This document shows, one piece after another, positions 1 through 22,130 of a stretch of DNA of 64,000 nt. Both the position numbers and the translations under genes were made by a program. Below the pieces are notes generated by a model that worked only from the letters and a program-made list of their open reading frames with translations, had not been told where the DNA came from and made no database searches. The first letter of the stretch is position 1. Each line of letters opens with the position of its first letter. The DNA lies in the NCBI RefSeq assembly GCF_009914755.1, contig NC_060931.1; one strand, given 5' to 3'. Source of the stretch: the human T2T-CHM13v2.0 reference genome, Homo sapiens.

Positions 1-2
1 GA

Positions 3-378
<376 letters not shown>

Positions 379-925
379 AAAACCCAAACCAAGCTGGAGA
401 GGCATCCTTGGAGTCTGGGGATGAGCGAGGCATCCTTAGAAATAGGCCAGGGAAGGAGGGAAGGAAGCCCCACAGTCACAGTGAGGGCCGATTCCTTTGC
501 CAGCCTGTGTGTCCATGCACTGGACCTGGGGACAGGAAATATAATCTTGGCCACACACCAGGTGCTGACTTGCACTGCTGCCCTGCCCGGGAGGCCCCCC
601 AAGCCTAAATCAAGCCCAACACCCAGTCTGGAATTGGACCTTATGGAAGGCAAAGGCATTCTCGGTTTAATCAAGAAAAGTGGATACCTGGACCTCACTG
701 CCACCTCATTGAGCTAATGCTTTAAAAACAGGAGTGAGGTTCACCACCAGCCCTTGGGGAGGATTGGGAAAAGGCTTCTTGCCTCATCATTACGGCTCCT
801 TTCAAATGAAGCTTGGGATATTCACCCCGGGAAGGAGTCGTGCCTGGAAATAGGAGGAGTGCCTCAGACAGCAGGTCTCAGGGTCAATGGGGGGCCCTTC
901 TGTGGAACCCAGAAAGAATGCATCT

Positions 926-1231
<306 letters not shown>

Positions 1232-1324
1232 CTAAAGCATCTAATCAACAGGTCAGAGAACTTACAGAGAACCCTCATTTGTGATGTTTCACATTTTGTT
1301 AAAAATTTTTTAATCGATTATATA

Positions 1325-1447
1325 TTTTTCTGAGATGGGGTCTTGCCATGTTGCCTAGTATGGCCTCAAACTCCTGGGCTCAAGTGATCCTCCTGCTTCA
1401 GCCTCCCAAGGGGCTGGAATTTCAGGTGTAAGCCATTGTGCCTGGAC
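1325..1447 (-). mobile_element. Alu left monomer (FLAM-like)
   Basis: Antisense left-arm sequence only. Confidence 0.85.
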
Positions 1448-1449
1448 AC

Positions 1450-1955
<506 letters not shown>

Positions 1956-1972
1956 TAGACTTCAGGAGCCCT

Positions 1973-2290
1973 TTTTATTTTTTATTTTTATTTTTATCTT
2001 TTTAGAGAGAGGGTCTTGTTCTGTTGCCCAGGCTGGAGTGCAGTGGTGTGATCATGGCTCACTGCAGCCTCGAACTCCTGGGATCCAGTGATCCTCCCAC
2101 CTCAGCCTCCTGAGTAGCTGGGACTACAGGCATGCACCACCATACTCGGCTAATTTTCAAAAATTTTTTTGTAGAGATGGGGTCTCACTATGTTGACCAG
2201 GCTGGTCTTGAACTCTTGGGCTCAAGTGATCCTTCCACCTCAGCCTCTCAAAGTGCTGGAATTACAGACGTGAGCCACTGCACCTGGCCC
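1973..2290 (-). mobile_element. Alu (AluJ-like)
   Basis: Antisense Alu with J diagnostics (cactgcagcctcgaactcctggg). Confidence 0.93.
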
Positions 2291-2849
2291 AGGCTCCCTC
2301 TTGAGATAGGCAGTTGGAGCCCCAAGCTTAGCTTTGGGAGCCAGGTGGGTCCCTGAGGGTGGCCAGGAAACAAGTACTGCCTCCTGGGGGACATACCCAT
2401 TTTTATTTACCCCATGTTTGGTCCACACACAGCACCCCGGACTCAGCATCTGAATGGGGCTGGTGTCAGATGAACACACCAGGTCATCCCCTTGTGCTGT
2501 TTATATCTCGAGAGAATAGATAAGATATTTGCAGTCGAAACAAGAAAAGTGGCTAAATCTGGGGAAAGTGCTTGGCCAGATCCAGTTTCTTATGATTTAA
2601 GCAGAAAGTGTAAACATCTCCTCGAGCCCAGGGCCAAGGACAAACACAAACGCTGGGCTCTGCCCAGGATGCGGGATGAGCCAAGCCGACATGCGGGCGG
2701 CGCCGGGGAGCAGCGAGCATTTGCAAGTGCTAACTCGTTCCTGCTGTGTGCAGACAGCACCCGCAGACAGACCAGGCCCGCCCCGCCAGCGTCTAGGCGA
2801 GGGATGAATCCTGCAGAATGAAGATGATGTTTCGAATGAATAGGAAAAG

Positions 2850-3880
<1,031 letters not shown>

Positions 3881-3926
3881 CTAGATGTTTCCTGAATTTA
3901 TGGAAGGGAATCTTGTGATTTTTTAA

Positions 3927-4325
<399 letters not shown>

Positions 4326-4691
4326 TAAAACGTGCCATGTTAACCATGTTGAGGCATACAGTTCAATGACATTCAATACTTTCACACTGTGATGTAACCG
4401 TCATCCACCTCCATCTTCAGAACTTTTTCATCTTTCCAAACTGAAACCCTGTCCCCATTAAACACTCACTCTCCATCCGCCTCCCCCCACCTCCTGGCAC
4501 CCGCTGTTCTACTTTCTGCCTTTATAATTTTGAGACTCTAGGTAACTCATATAAGTGGAGTCATTCAGGATTTGTCCGTTTGTGATTGGCTTATTTCACT
4601 TAATACAATGTCCTCAAGGTTTATCCATGTTGTAGCGTGTGCCAGGATTTGTTTCCTTTGTAAGCTGAATAATCTTCCATTGTATGGATAG

Positions 4692-5052
<361 letters not shown>

Positions 5053-5169
5053 GGATTGTATTTATCTTTTAGCTATTGTGAATAATGCTGCTGTGAACAT
5101 GGGTGTGCAAATAGTTTGAGTTCCTGCTTTCAGTTCTTTGGAATGCTAGCTCATAAGGTAATTCTATGC

Positions 5170-5727
<558 letters not shown>

Positions 5728-5955
5728 TGACTTAATTTTTTGAGGGGCTGTCAAACTATTTTCAACAATGGCTGTGCAATTTTCCATTCCCACCAGCAGT
5801 AGGCAAGAGTTCCAATTTCTCCACATCCTCACGAACACTCATTTTCAATTTTTTCTTGAGTGACCATCCTAATGGGTAGAGTGCTCTATCTCACTGTGGT
5901 TTTGATTTGCATTTTTCTAATGATTCATAATGGTGAACATCGTTTCATGTACTTA

Positions 5956-6395
<440 letters not shown>

Positions 6396-7117
6396 TTACA
6401 AGACATATATATATATATGACTTGTAAATATTGTCTCCCATTCTCCTGGGTTGCCTTTTTGCTATGACGATAGTATCCTTTGATGCACAAAAGTTTTAAA
6501 TTTTGAGGTAATCCAATTTATCTATTTTTTGCTTCTGTTGTCTGTAGCTGTGCTTAATTTGTAAAAAGCCGTTTACTTGGAAACCACCATGGCTTTCTCC
6601 CACAAGCCTTAGAAACATCTCGCTATGCAGATCACTGTGTTTCTGCAGTCAGATCTTCCTTCCAAGTAATTGCTGTGGCTTCTGCCTCCAGTTCATCCCG
6701 GGAGATGGCTTTTTTTTAAAGGCCAGGCCATAGAGGCGGGCTTCTGAATGAAGGGGGAGGTTCGTCTGCACCCCACAAGGGGCCCACACAATCCTGAAGT
6801 CCCCGAGGTACCCCCTGTTCCAGACAGAATGCTGGCGTGCACCCTAGAAAGCCTCGAAACTGGCTCGTTTTGGCCACTTTTCTCCATTCTGGCACCAGGT
6901 CATTTTCTGCTGTAGACAGAATCTATTTTGAGCTGCCTTTTTTTTTTTTTTTTTTTTGGTCTCCTGCTTCATACGTGTGGGTCTCCCGTGGGCTTCACAT
7001 CTGAGAAGCTTCTTTCTCTTGCCGAAATAGAGCCAGCCACGTGGGGAGAGCGGTTCTTGGGCACAGATGGCACCGTGGGGGAGAGGAGCCTGCTCTGGTT
7101 CTCCCACCCGTGCCTGA

Positions 7118-7480
<363 letters not shown>

Positions 7481-7503
7481 CCTTTTATGTTTTTTTAATT
7501 AAC

Positions 7504-7948
<445 letters not shown>

Positions 7949-7949
7949 C

Positions 7950-8133
7950 CTCTTCTCTTTCTATAAAGGACATCAGTCACTTGATTTAGGGCCCTCCCTT
8001 ATCCAGTCTGACTTCATCTTAACTTACATCTTAATGACAGCTAACAAGACTGTTTCCAAATAAGGTCACACTCACAGTACCGGGGTTAGGTCTCCACCTT
8101 ATCTTTTTGGGGACACACAACTCAACTCACAGC
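7950..8133 (-). mobile_element. MLT1 (MaLR) LTR 5' part
   Basis: 'aaggacatcagtca...gatttagggcc...tttccaaataaggtcacactcacagtaccggggttagg'. Confidence 0.8.
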
Positions 8134-8321
8134 AGATAAAGAGCACCCATCTTCCCTAAGAAATTCCCCACTGGCACAAACCCATCTTTCCACGTGATGC
8201 CAAGCCATCCTACGACCACGTCCTCATAATTTCTCTATAGGTCAAGGGTGTGTTTCTGTGCACAGTCGTGACAATAGCTTCCATTGATGAGGACCAATTG
8301 ACTGCCAGGCCCTGGGCTCTA

Positions 8322-8618
<297 letters not shown>

Positions 8619-8959
8619 CTACAGAGTCCTATTTTTCTGTTATGGGGGGTCTGCTTGTTGGGCATTGAGGGAGCAGAGAGAGAGAGAGAAGGCAGGTGGT
8701 AGCGAGTGTGGCCATGTGGAAGGGACTCCTTGCCTGATCAAAGGCAGACCCAGGTTGGGTGACTTCTGACGCCCACTTCCTTGAGTCCACCCCAAGATTC
8801 GAACCCTAGATCTCCCAAGGAAAGGAGGATGATGGAGGAGGGAGGACTGCCTGGTCAGATGGTGTCCTGGGAGGACTTAGTCTTTCCCTGTCCCCACTCT
8901 CCCAAGGAGTACAGCCCAATGGCCAGCCACGGTAACCCTATGATGGCAACCCCCAGACT

Positions 8960-9365
8960 CCCTGTAGGATGGAAAGATTGACTCCCATCACTGCTGAGAG
9001 CACCCCCATCCCCTGCTGGCCCTCTGCAGGTGTTACCTTGGCTGCAGAGAGTCCCCAGGTTGCACAGAGCCCTGTCCCTTCCCAGGGCAACTGCATTCAA
9101 TGCTTAGCAGCAAAGAGGTCTGAAGACCCAATTTCCTGTCTTGACTCAAGCCTACTCGGAAGGGCCCTCCCAGTTCCGGCGCTCCCTATGGAGTCCGCTG
9201 AGGCCTTCATCGAGACTGCACTGCAGCTCAGCTTTCCCCGCTGTTCAATCCTGCTTCCTTCCCAGCCTGCCTTCCTCACTCTCTTCCCCTGATCACTGCT
9301 CTGCAGACTTATCCCCATCTGCCACGCATCCTCGACTGGAACAATCTGCAGAGCATCTTCCGGCG
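8960..9365 (+). mobile_element. LTR16-like ERVL LTR fragment
   Basis: 'gaggccttcatcgagactgcactgcagctcagctttcccc...aatcctgcttccttc' resembles the recalled LTR16 consensus. Confidence 0.6.
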
Positions 9366-9394
9366 GGGACGGGCATAGAGGAGGGCAGCTGTGA

Positions 9395-9883
<489 letters not shown>

Positions 9884-9929
9884 GAAGTCTTATCTCAGAT
9901 CAGTGACCTCCAGGGCTGAAATCTTAACC

Positions 9930-10385
9930 TGACTAGGCCTTCAGGGATCTGCCACCCCCAATACCTCTGTGAGCTCCTCCCCCTACTCCTCACTCACTCC
10001 TTAAACCACTTGGGCCACTTTGCTATTCCTCCAGTGTGCCTAGGGCACCCTGACCCCAGGGCCTTTGTATGAGCTGTTCCCTCTGCCTGGAACTCTTTTC
10101 CTGATACCCGCATTTCACTTCCTTCAGCTTTCTTCCCAAATGTGCTCTGAGACCCCTTCCTTGACCCACAGGATAGCACACGCTCAGTCCCAGCGCTTTC
10201 TCTTCCTTACCCAGCCTTATTTTTCTGAGTGCATTTCACCACTTGACTATTACAAACATTTAGAACAGTTTTCTGTCTTCTCCAACTAGAATCTTAGCAT
10301 GGTGAGAGGACAGACTGTTTTAGTCCTTGGCCCCTCAAATAATGCCTAGTTATGGTAGGCTTCAGTCATATTTGTTGAGAGGATG
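9930..10385 (+). mobile_element. L2 3' fragment
   Basis: 'cagggcctttgtatgagctgttccctctgcctggaac' and 3' end 'ggtaggcttcagtcatatttgttga'. Confidence 0.8.
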
Positions 10386-10397
10386 CAGAGCTGCATA

Positions 10398-10712
10398 TTT
10401 TTGTTTTTGTTTTTGGTTTTGGTCTTTTGAGAGAGAGAGTCTTACTCTGTGGCCCAGGCTGGAGTGCAGTGGTGAGATCTTGGCTCACCGCAAGCTCCGC
10501 TTCCTGAGTTCAAGCGATTCTTGTGCCTCAGACTCTTGAGTAGCTGGGATCACAGGCACGTGATACCATGCCTTGCTAATTTTTGTATTTTTAGCAGAGA
10601 CAGGGTTTCACCATGTTGGCCAGGCTGGTCTTGAACTCCTGACCTCAAGTGATCTGTTCGCCTCAGCCTCCCAAAGTGCTGGGATTATAGGCGTGAGCCA
10701 CTGCCCCTGGCC
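10398..10712 (-). mobile_element. Alu (AluS-like)
   Basis: Antisense dimer. Confidence 0.95.
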
Positions 10713-10751
10713 CTGTCATATAATGTATTTAACCAGCCTTAAATATATTAG

Positions 10752-10869
10752 TTAGTAGTAACTAATGTATTAGTAACTTACTACTATGTAACTTACTACT
10801 TAGTAACTTACTACTATGTAACTTACTACTTACTGTATTAGTAACTTATTACTTAGTAACTACTACTAA
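10752..10869. repeat. Minisatellite built on AGTAACTTACT; exact 30-bp unit twice (10771-10830)
   Basis: tagtaacttactactatgtaacttactact repeated exactly, with degenerate flanking copies. Confidence 0.9.
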
Positions 10870-10874
10870 GTATG

Positions 10875-12236
<1,362 letters not shown>

Positions 12237-12287
12237 TATGGTACATCTTCTAGGTGGAATGTTACACAGCTTTTCAAAATAACAATC

Positions 12288-12967
<680 letters not shown>

Positions 12968-13503
12968 AATGTCCACATAATTTTAAGCAAAACGAGCAGA
13001 ATCCAAAATCGTATCCATGCTGACTAGAACTGTGTGAAAATACACCTACAGGTGAACGGAGACTGGACAGAAGGTAGAAAAGTGTAGAGATTGGTATGAA
13101 TGGTTTTTCTTGGTTTTGTCCTTGGTATTTGGTGGATCGATGGGTATAGATTGGGAAAGGGAATGAGTAAGAAGCCTCACAATGAGAGAGACAGGCGTGC
13201 ACCTCTTGCGTCTGCACTGAAGGGTGATGTGGTTAGGGAAGATACGCCTGTCCTTCCTGCAGCACTCTGCACACAAGGGCAGCTGGGCAGTTTGCAGGCG
13301 GTCATCTCGAGGTGCTCACAGGACCACAGATGCTCAGGGCTGCCGTCTGGACCTGCGTGTCCCAGCGTGAGATGCGTCCCACCTGATTTTAACAGAAGCA
13401 AGTTTTTTTGTTCTTGCTGTTGTTCAGTGATTTTGGACATCTAGCTCCCAGAGCTGTCAGAGCAAAGAGAATGCCTGTTGTTTGAAGCCACCCAGTTTGT
13501 GGC

Positions 13504-13801
13504 TTTTTTTTTTTTTTTTTTTTGGAGATGGAGTCTTGCTCTGTTTCACAGGCTGTAGTGGTGCAATCTCGGCTCACTGCAATCTCCACCTCCCAGGTTC
13601 AAGTGATTCTTCTGCCTCAGCCTCCCAAGTAGCTGAGATTACAGGCATGCACCACCATACCCAGGTAATTTTTGTATTTTTAGTAGAGACAGGATTTTGC
13701 CATGTTAGCCAGGTTGGTCTCGAACTCCTGACCTCAGGTGACCTGCCCGCCTCAGCCTCCCAAAGTGCTGGGATTACAGGTGTGAGCCACCACACCCAGC
13801 C
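13504..13801 (-). mobile_element. Alu (AluSx-like)
   Basis: Antisense dimer. Confidence 0.95.
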
Positions 13802-13871
13802 GGCACCTTGTTATAGTAGCTGCAGTGTTACATGCTGAACTGTGTACCCTCCACATTCCTACATTGAAGTC

Positions 13872-13906
<35 letters not shown>

Positions 13907-14193
13907 TTTCAAGATAGAGTCTCACTCTGTCACCCAGGCTGGAGTTCAGTGGCACCATCTCGGCTCACTGCAACCCCCCGCCTCTTGGGTTCAAGCTATT
14001 CTCCTGCCTCAGCCTCTAGAGTAGTTGGGATTACGGGCATGCACCACCATGCCTGGCTAATTTTTGTATTTTTCGTAGAGATGGGGTTTGTCCATGTTGC
14101 CCAGGCTGATCTCGAACTCCTGGCCTCAAGCGATGCGCCTGGCTCGACCTCTCAAAGTGATGGGATCACAGGTGTGAGCCACTGTGCCTGGCC
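13872..14193 (-). mobile_element. Alu with (TTTA)n tail
   Basis: Antisense dimer; flanks share ttgaagtc. Confidence 0.95.
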
Positions 14194-14340
14194 TATATGT
14201 TGAAGTCCCAACCTCCAGGACGTCAGAATGGGAGTGTGCTTGGAAACAGGGCCTTTAAAAGGATAATTAAGTTAAAATGAGGTCATTAGGGTGGGCCCTG
14301 ATCCCTTCTGACTGGTGTCCTTATAAGAAGAGGAATGAGG

Positions 14341-14692
<352 letters not shown>

Positions 14693-15299
14693 TCATTTGA
14701 AGACACAGTGACAAGATGACCATCTGTAAGCCAGGGAGACAGGCCTCGGGAGAAACTGAGCCTGTCTACACCTTGCTCTTGGACTTCCAGCCTCCAGAGC
14801 TGTGAGAAAGTCCATTTCTTTTGTTTAAGCCACCCAGTCTGTGGTATTGAGTGATGGCAGCCCTCTAATACACAGGAGAAAACCAATACAGGAAGAACCT
14901 TTTGTTACTAGTGACAGAAAACATTATCAAATTTCCACAGAAAGAAAATGTATTGCAGAAAGAGAAACTATAGTGACTCACATTTCAAACGTACATGTAT
15001 TTATTTTAAAAATAAACTGTCTATCACTACCATAAATAGAATCCCGGAACCATATCCGTGAAAGTCTGTGAACACACAGCAGTCATTTTGGCTTCAGGTA
15101 GGGCTTGGTGAAACATACACGCAACTTTACCACCATCCACGTCTCAGCTCTGCATCCCAGGATTCTGGCCAAAAAAAAAAAAATGCTTTTTTTTTTTTTT
15201 TGTGATCACAGACAAATGCAGCAAGCAGTTCACAAAGCTACACTCTCCTGGGTCTTCAGCCAGCAAGAAGGAGAGTGCCCTTGACCGCCAAACAAATCC

Positions 15300-15470
15300 A
15301 AGGCTTTGCCCCAGTTGGACCCTCTGAGGTCACAGGCTGTCTCTGAACCAATCACTGTTGCCAGAAAACGTGATGTCCCAGTGAGCTTAGTCCTTGACCA
15401 CATGTTCCTCTCCTGGTATGGAGGGGTCATGAGAGTGAGAAGGAGGAGGGTGCTTTCCTCAAACACATTG
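15300..15470. mobile_element. Old MaLR (MLT1K/L-like) fragment
   Basis: 'ctctgaaccaatcactgttgccag...gaccacatg' motif. Confidence 0.5.
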
Positions 15471-15532
15471 GACTGATACCTTTGGGTAAATATCTTCAGA
15501 AAAGTTGGGGTATTTGTTTTTTAAAAAATTTA

Positions 15533-16049
<517 letters not shown>

Positions 16050-16050
<1 letters not shown>

Positions 16051-16237
16051 AGACAGGGTCATGCTGTGTTACCTAGGCTCTGGAGTGCAGTGGTGTGAAC
16101 ATAGTTTTTAAATTTTTTGCAGAGATGGGGTCTTGCTATGCTGTCCAAGCTGGTCTTGAATTCCTGGCCTCCAGCAGTCCTCCCACTTCAGCCTCCCAGA
16201 GTGCTGGGATTACAGGCATGAATCACTGCACCCAGCC
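16050..16237 (-). mobile_element. AluJ-like with internal deletion
   Basis: Right arm jumps to the linker at ~16104. Confidence 0.85.
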
Positions 16238-16354
16238 AGGATAGTGTTAAGAAGAAGAAATAGATATGAGGTGGTCAGTTGCCAACTGCTATTGCAACTG
16301 CCCCAAATTTCATGCCCATAGTAATCCAACGAAGTAGGCATTGTTAGTGTCCCT

Positions 16355-16772
16355 GTTTTCTTTTTGAGACAGGGTCTCGCTTTGTCACCCAGGCTGGAGT
16401 GCAATCTTGGCTCACTGCAGCCTCTGCCTCCCATATTCAAGCGATTCTCCTGCCTCAGCCTTCTGAGTAGCTGGGATTACAGCTGCGTGCCACCACACCC
16501 GGCTAATTTTTGTATTATTAGTAGAGATGGGGTTTCATCATGTTGGCCAGGCTGGTCTTGAACTCCTGGCCTCAAGTGATCTGCCCACCTCAGCTTCCCA
16601 AAGTGCTGGGATTACAGGTGTGAGCCACTGCACCTGGCTAATTTTTGTATTATTAGTAGAGACGGAGTTTTGCCATGTTGGCCAGGCTGCTCTTGAACTC
16701 CTGAACTCAAGTATCTGCCCGCCTTGGCCTCCCAAAGTGCTGGGATGACAGGTGTGAGCCACCATGCCCGGC
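16355..16772 (-). mobile_element. Alu with duplicated left arm (trimeric)
   Basis: Left arm occurs twice, both copies with the private variant tgtattattagtagaga. Confidence 0.9.
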
Positions 16773-16774
16773 CA

Positions 16775-16880
16775 AGTGCCCCTGTTTTCTATAGGAGAAA
16801 GCTAAGCCTTTGGAGGAAGAAACGAGTTGTCTGAGCTGGCAGGTGGGAGAGTTTGGACGCAAACTTGAGTCTCTAAGTCT
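16775..16880 (-). mobile_element. MIR fragment (continues from ~16300-16355)
   Basis: 'gtaggcattgttagtgtccctgtttt...ataggagaaagctaagcc'. Confidence 0.55.
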
Positions 16881-16974
16881 GTCCCCAAAGTCTCTCTCTT
16901 TTCCCCCACGTTCACTCTCTTCCCCTCTAACTTCTGACAAAGAACCTGTGCCTGATTCTTGTCCGACTTGTTAT

Positions 16975-17062
16975 CTACTTGAAATTGGCCACCGTGAGAG
17001 TATTTACACTGTGGAAATTAGCAACTGCTACAGATCAGGACTTTTTCCCCCAAAGAGTCAGT
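16975..17062. mobile_element. MER63-like hAT fragment
   Basis: 'gagagtatttacactgtggaaattagcaactgctacagatcagg' is similar to 31268-31315 in this window. Confidence 0.6.
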
Positions 17063-17574
17063 GAGCCTCAAGACACAACAGCTCTCATTGCGACTCCAAT
17101 GGGGTTCACCACTTTGGGGGAACCCATCTCAAATCTCACAAGTGGATCCTTGATGCTTTAATTTGGTCTGAAGAGATTTCAGTGTAGTGTGAGATGGAGA
17201 GGCTTAGAAAAGCCCCTGGCTGCGGCAGAGTTAGTGTGAAAACAGCAGCCACTTCCTGAGACGGTGGAAATTAACATCCGCGAGAAAGATTTTGGCATCT
17301 CATAGCAGCTGAGCCCTCTGGCAACCTGCATTCCTGGCCAGTTACTCACTCCTGAGCCTAAGCAGGTGTTGACGGGGCTCTGCCCCTCCTAGTGTGGCTA
17401 GGACTGCCCTGGCCTGCCTGTTCCCTTCCTTGGCAGATCACCTATTTGCTAAGTTACCCTGGGATTTCTCCATCGGTGTCCTGCACTCGCAAGACGGGGA
17501 ATAGGCAGGATGGGATGGGGCGCTGAGCCGCAGCCTAGATTTGGTCAGGAGCTGAGGATCAAACCTATTCCTGG

Positions 17575-17703
17575 GGCCGGGCGCAGTGGCTCACACCTGT
17601 AATCCCAGCACTTTGGGAGGCTGAGGCGGGCAGATCACTTGAGGTCAGGAGTTCAAGACCAGCCTGGCCAACATGGCAAAACCCTGTCTCTACTAAAAAT
17701 ACA
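17575..17703 (+). mobile_element. AluS left arm, truncated at the linker
   Basis: Ends at ctactaaaaatacaa. Confidence 0.9.
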
Positions 17704-17744
17704 ACCCACAATTGTCTGGGTCCTTGCCTGGCCTGTTTGTTTGT

Positions 17745-17869
17745 TTTTAATTAAAGATGGGATCTTGCTATGTTGCCCAGGCTGGTCTTGAACTCCTGAG
17801 TTCAAGAGATGCTCCTGCCTCAGCCTCCCAAAGTGCTGGGATTACAGACATGAGCTACTGCACCCAGCC
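17745..17869 (-). mobile_element. FLAM-like Alu monomer
   Basis: Antisense left monomer. Confidence 0.88.
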
Positions 17870-17963
17870 TAGTATTTTGAACAGCACATTTTTCCTGCTT
17901 TTTGAACAAGAGGCCTGCATTTACATTTTGCACTGGACTCCACAAATTATGGAACCGGCCCTG
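17870..17963. mobile_element. MER45B-like hAT terminal fragment
   Basis: 'tttttgaacaagaggcctgcatttacattttgcactgg...caaattatggaaccggccctg' matches the recalled MER45 end. Confidence 0.75.
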
Positions 17964-18204
17964 TAGCAGAGTCCTCACCCCCAAAGACCCAGAAGACTTG
18001 GAAATGGAAAAGAAGCCCAATATTTTCCCATGTGATAAAAGGGCCAGGCATGTTTTTTTGGAGGCCAATTTTACCAGCCAGTCCTCTCCAGTCCAGACTA
18101 TTCCCCTGAGATCACTGGTTTATCTTCCCCTCATCCTAACTGGTGGGCCTAACCCATTTTTACCCTGATTTTCCAAAATGACCCAGGGTTAAGAGAAGGA
18201 AACA

Positions 18205-18781
<577 letters not shown>

Positions 18782-18814
<33 letters not shown>

Positions 18815-19097
18815 AGACAGGGTCTTGCTCTTGTCGCCCGGGCTGGAGTGCAATGGTGCGATATCGGCTCACTGTAACCTCCACCTCCCAGATTCAAGCG
18901 TTTCTTGTGCCTCAGCCTCCTGAGTAGCTGGGATTACAGGCATCCACCACCACGGCCGGCTAATTTTTGTATTTTTAATAGAGACAGGGTTTCACCTTTT
19001 TGGCCAGGCTGGTCTTGAACTCCTGACCTCAAGAGATCTGCCTGCCTTGGCCTCCCAAAGTGCAGGGATTACAGGCATGAGCCATTGTGCCCGGCCC
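18782..19097 (-). mobile_element. Alu (AluSq/Sx-like) with ~32-nt tail
   Basis: Antisense dimer. Confidence 0.95.
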
Positions 19098-19419
19098 GAA
19101 AAGGGGGTTTCTTAAGATCAAAATCAGAAACACCTCCAAGCAAAAACGTGAACATATATTAATTCTAGGTGGAGGGTACATGAGTGTTTATTTTACTCCC
19201 TATAGTTTTCTGTAGGTTTGAACAATTCCACAATTTTTTTTTTAAAGTAGGGCTGCCAAATTTCTCTTTTTGTTTGCCAACCCACTCCTCCCCAGTTCCT
19301 GCCTTTTAAAGACAAGGAAAACCTAAGCCTGCAGGGGGTAGGGGGAAAGCGACAGGATTGGAAGCCATGGGGTGTGAGGTGGGGAAGCAGGCAGGTGGCG
19401 GGAAGATGAGACTAATTAC

Positions 19420-19560
19420 CCACTTCCGGGATCCGGTTTGGCTCCGCCCCCGCCCTGCTGTATCCATGGTAACCAGGTCTCCTTCGCAAGGCTGGACCAG
19501 TCGCCACGACGAGCTCCGGGGCGCCACCGGTGGCCTCTCTGATGGCCCGCTCGGCGAGGG
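19420..19560. promoter_or_regulatory. Small CpG-rich promoter-like element: ETS, GC box and RFX X-box
   Basis: CACTTCCGG 19421-19429, GGCTCCGCCCCC 19440-19451, GTATCCATGGTAAC 19460-19473; 14 CpGs in ~140 bp of non-repeat DNA. Confidence 0.65.
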
Positions 19561-19977
19561 GTCCCCAGCTATGAATCAAAGGGGGCACTTCTTGAATATA
19601 AAGAACAGCGTTGTCCTGTCCCACTGGGTCCCTTGTAACTGCATCTGCCACCCTAGGACAAGAGCAAGTCATTTCAGAAACTTCACCTACAGCCATTAGC
19701 CATCAAAGGCTTGCCGGGCACTGCCTGGTGTCACGCACTGCTTGTCGCATTTATTATGGGTGTGTGTCTGTGTGGGGACCTCCAGATTCCGCAGGGACAA
19801 GTCACTTGGGGACTCCAAGAGAGGAGAGAGCTTCATAACCTGCCCGTGTGGACGTCTATCTAGCTACACGCCCACCCTTTTATAAAATGTTTTATAAATT
19901 GATCTTACTCTAAAAGTCACATGAATCTGTAGGAAATCTGGGAAATCATCTCACCACCCACGGATAACCACAGCTAA

Positions 19978-20860
<883 letters not shown>

Positions 20861-21264
20861 TCAGTAGAACCACACCCTCTTCTTCAAGCACAGCAGCAAA
20901 GTATAGGGTGGTATAATTATAACATTCTGCAACATAATTTTAAAAAAATTTAACATAGCACGAGCATTTTCCTTATATCCTTAAATATTACCTAAGTATG
21001 ATTCTTAATTATCACATGACTATTCAACATAGGGATGTATCCAATAATTTATTTAGCCAATTCTCCATCGTTGGACCCGGGGAAGGTGAGGGTTTCCTTA
21101 TCTTTTCCTTTTCTAGACAATACTGCGGAGGAAATCCCTTATTGAATGTTTGATATTACTTTAATGTCTCTATGTTCAGGAAAGCCTTCCTCTCTCTAGG
21201 ATCAGATCAACATTCTCCTAAATATGTTTAGTTCTTTTATGGCTTCATTAAATTTTAAAAAAAA

Positions 21265-21565
21265 TTTTATTTTTATTTTTTAAGAAACAAGGCCTTGCTC
21301 TGTTGCCCAGGCTGGAGTGCAGTGGTGCAATCATGGTTCACTGCAGCCTCCAGCTCCTTGGGCTCAAACAATCCTTCTGCCTCAGCCTCCCGATAACTGA
21401 GACTACAGACACACATCACCATGCCTGGCTAAGTTTTAACTTTCTTGTAGACACGGAGTCTTGCTATGTTGCCCAGGCTGGTCTTGGACTCCTGGCCTCA
21501 ATCAATCCTCTCACTTAGGCCTCCCAACACACTAGGATTACAGGCGCGAATCACTGCGTCTGGCC
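21265..21565 (-). mobile_element. Alu (AluJ-like)
   Basis: Diverged antisense dimer. Confidence 0.92.
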
Positions 21566-21635
21566 TGGAATTTATTTTGATACCATAAAGTGAGAGTTAA
21601 GAAGTCTAATTTTATTCTTGTTCATAATAAGCTAA

Positions 21636-22130
<495 letters not shown>

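Noticed and set aside
400-440. gaggcatcctt repeated twice
   Set aside because: Single 11-bp direct repeat with no further structure
19519-19536. CTCF-like CCACCGGTGGCGC on the minus strand
   Set aside because: One base short of the CCACCAGGTGGCGC core spacing
19358-19699. 113-aa ORF over the CpG patch (..MVTRSPSQGW..)
   Set aside because: No recognisable homology; its ATG is the centre of the X-box motif; GC-rich DNA yields such ORFs by chance
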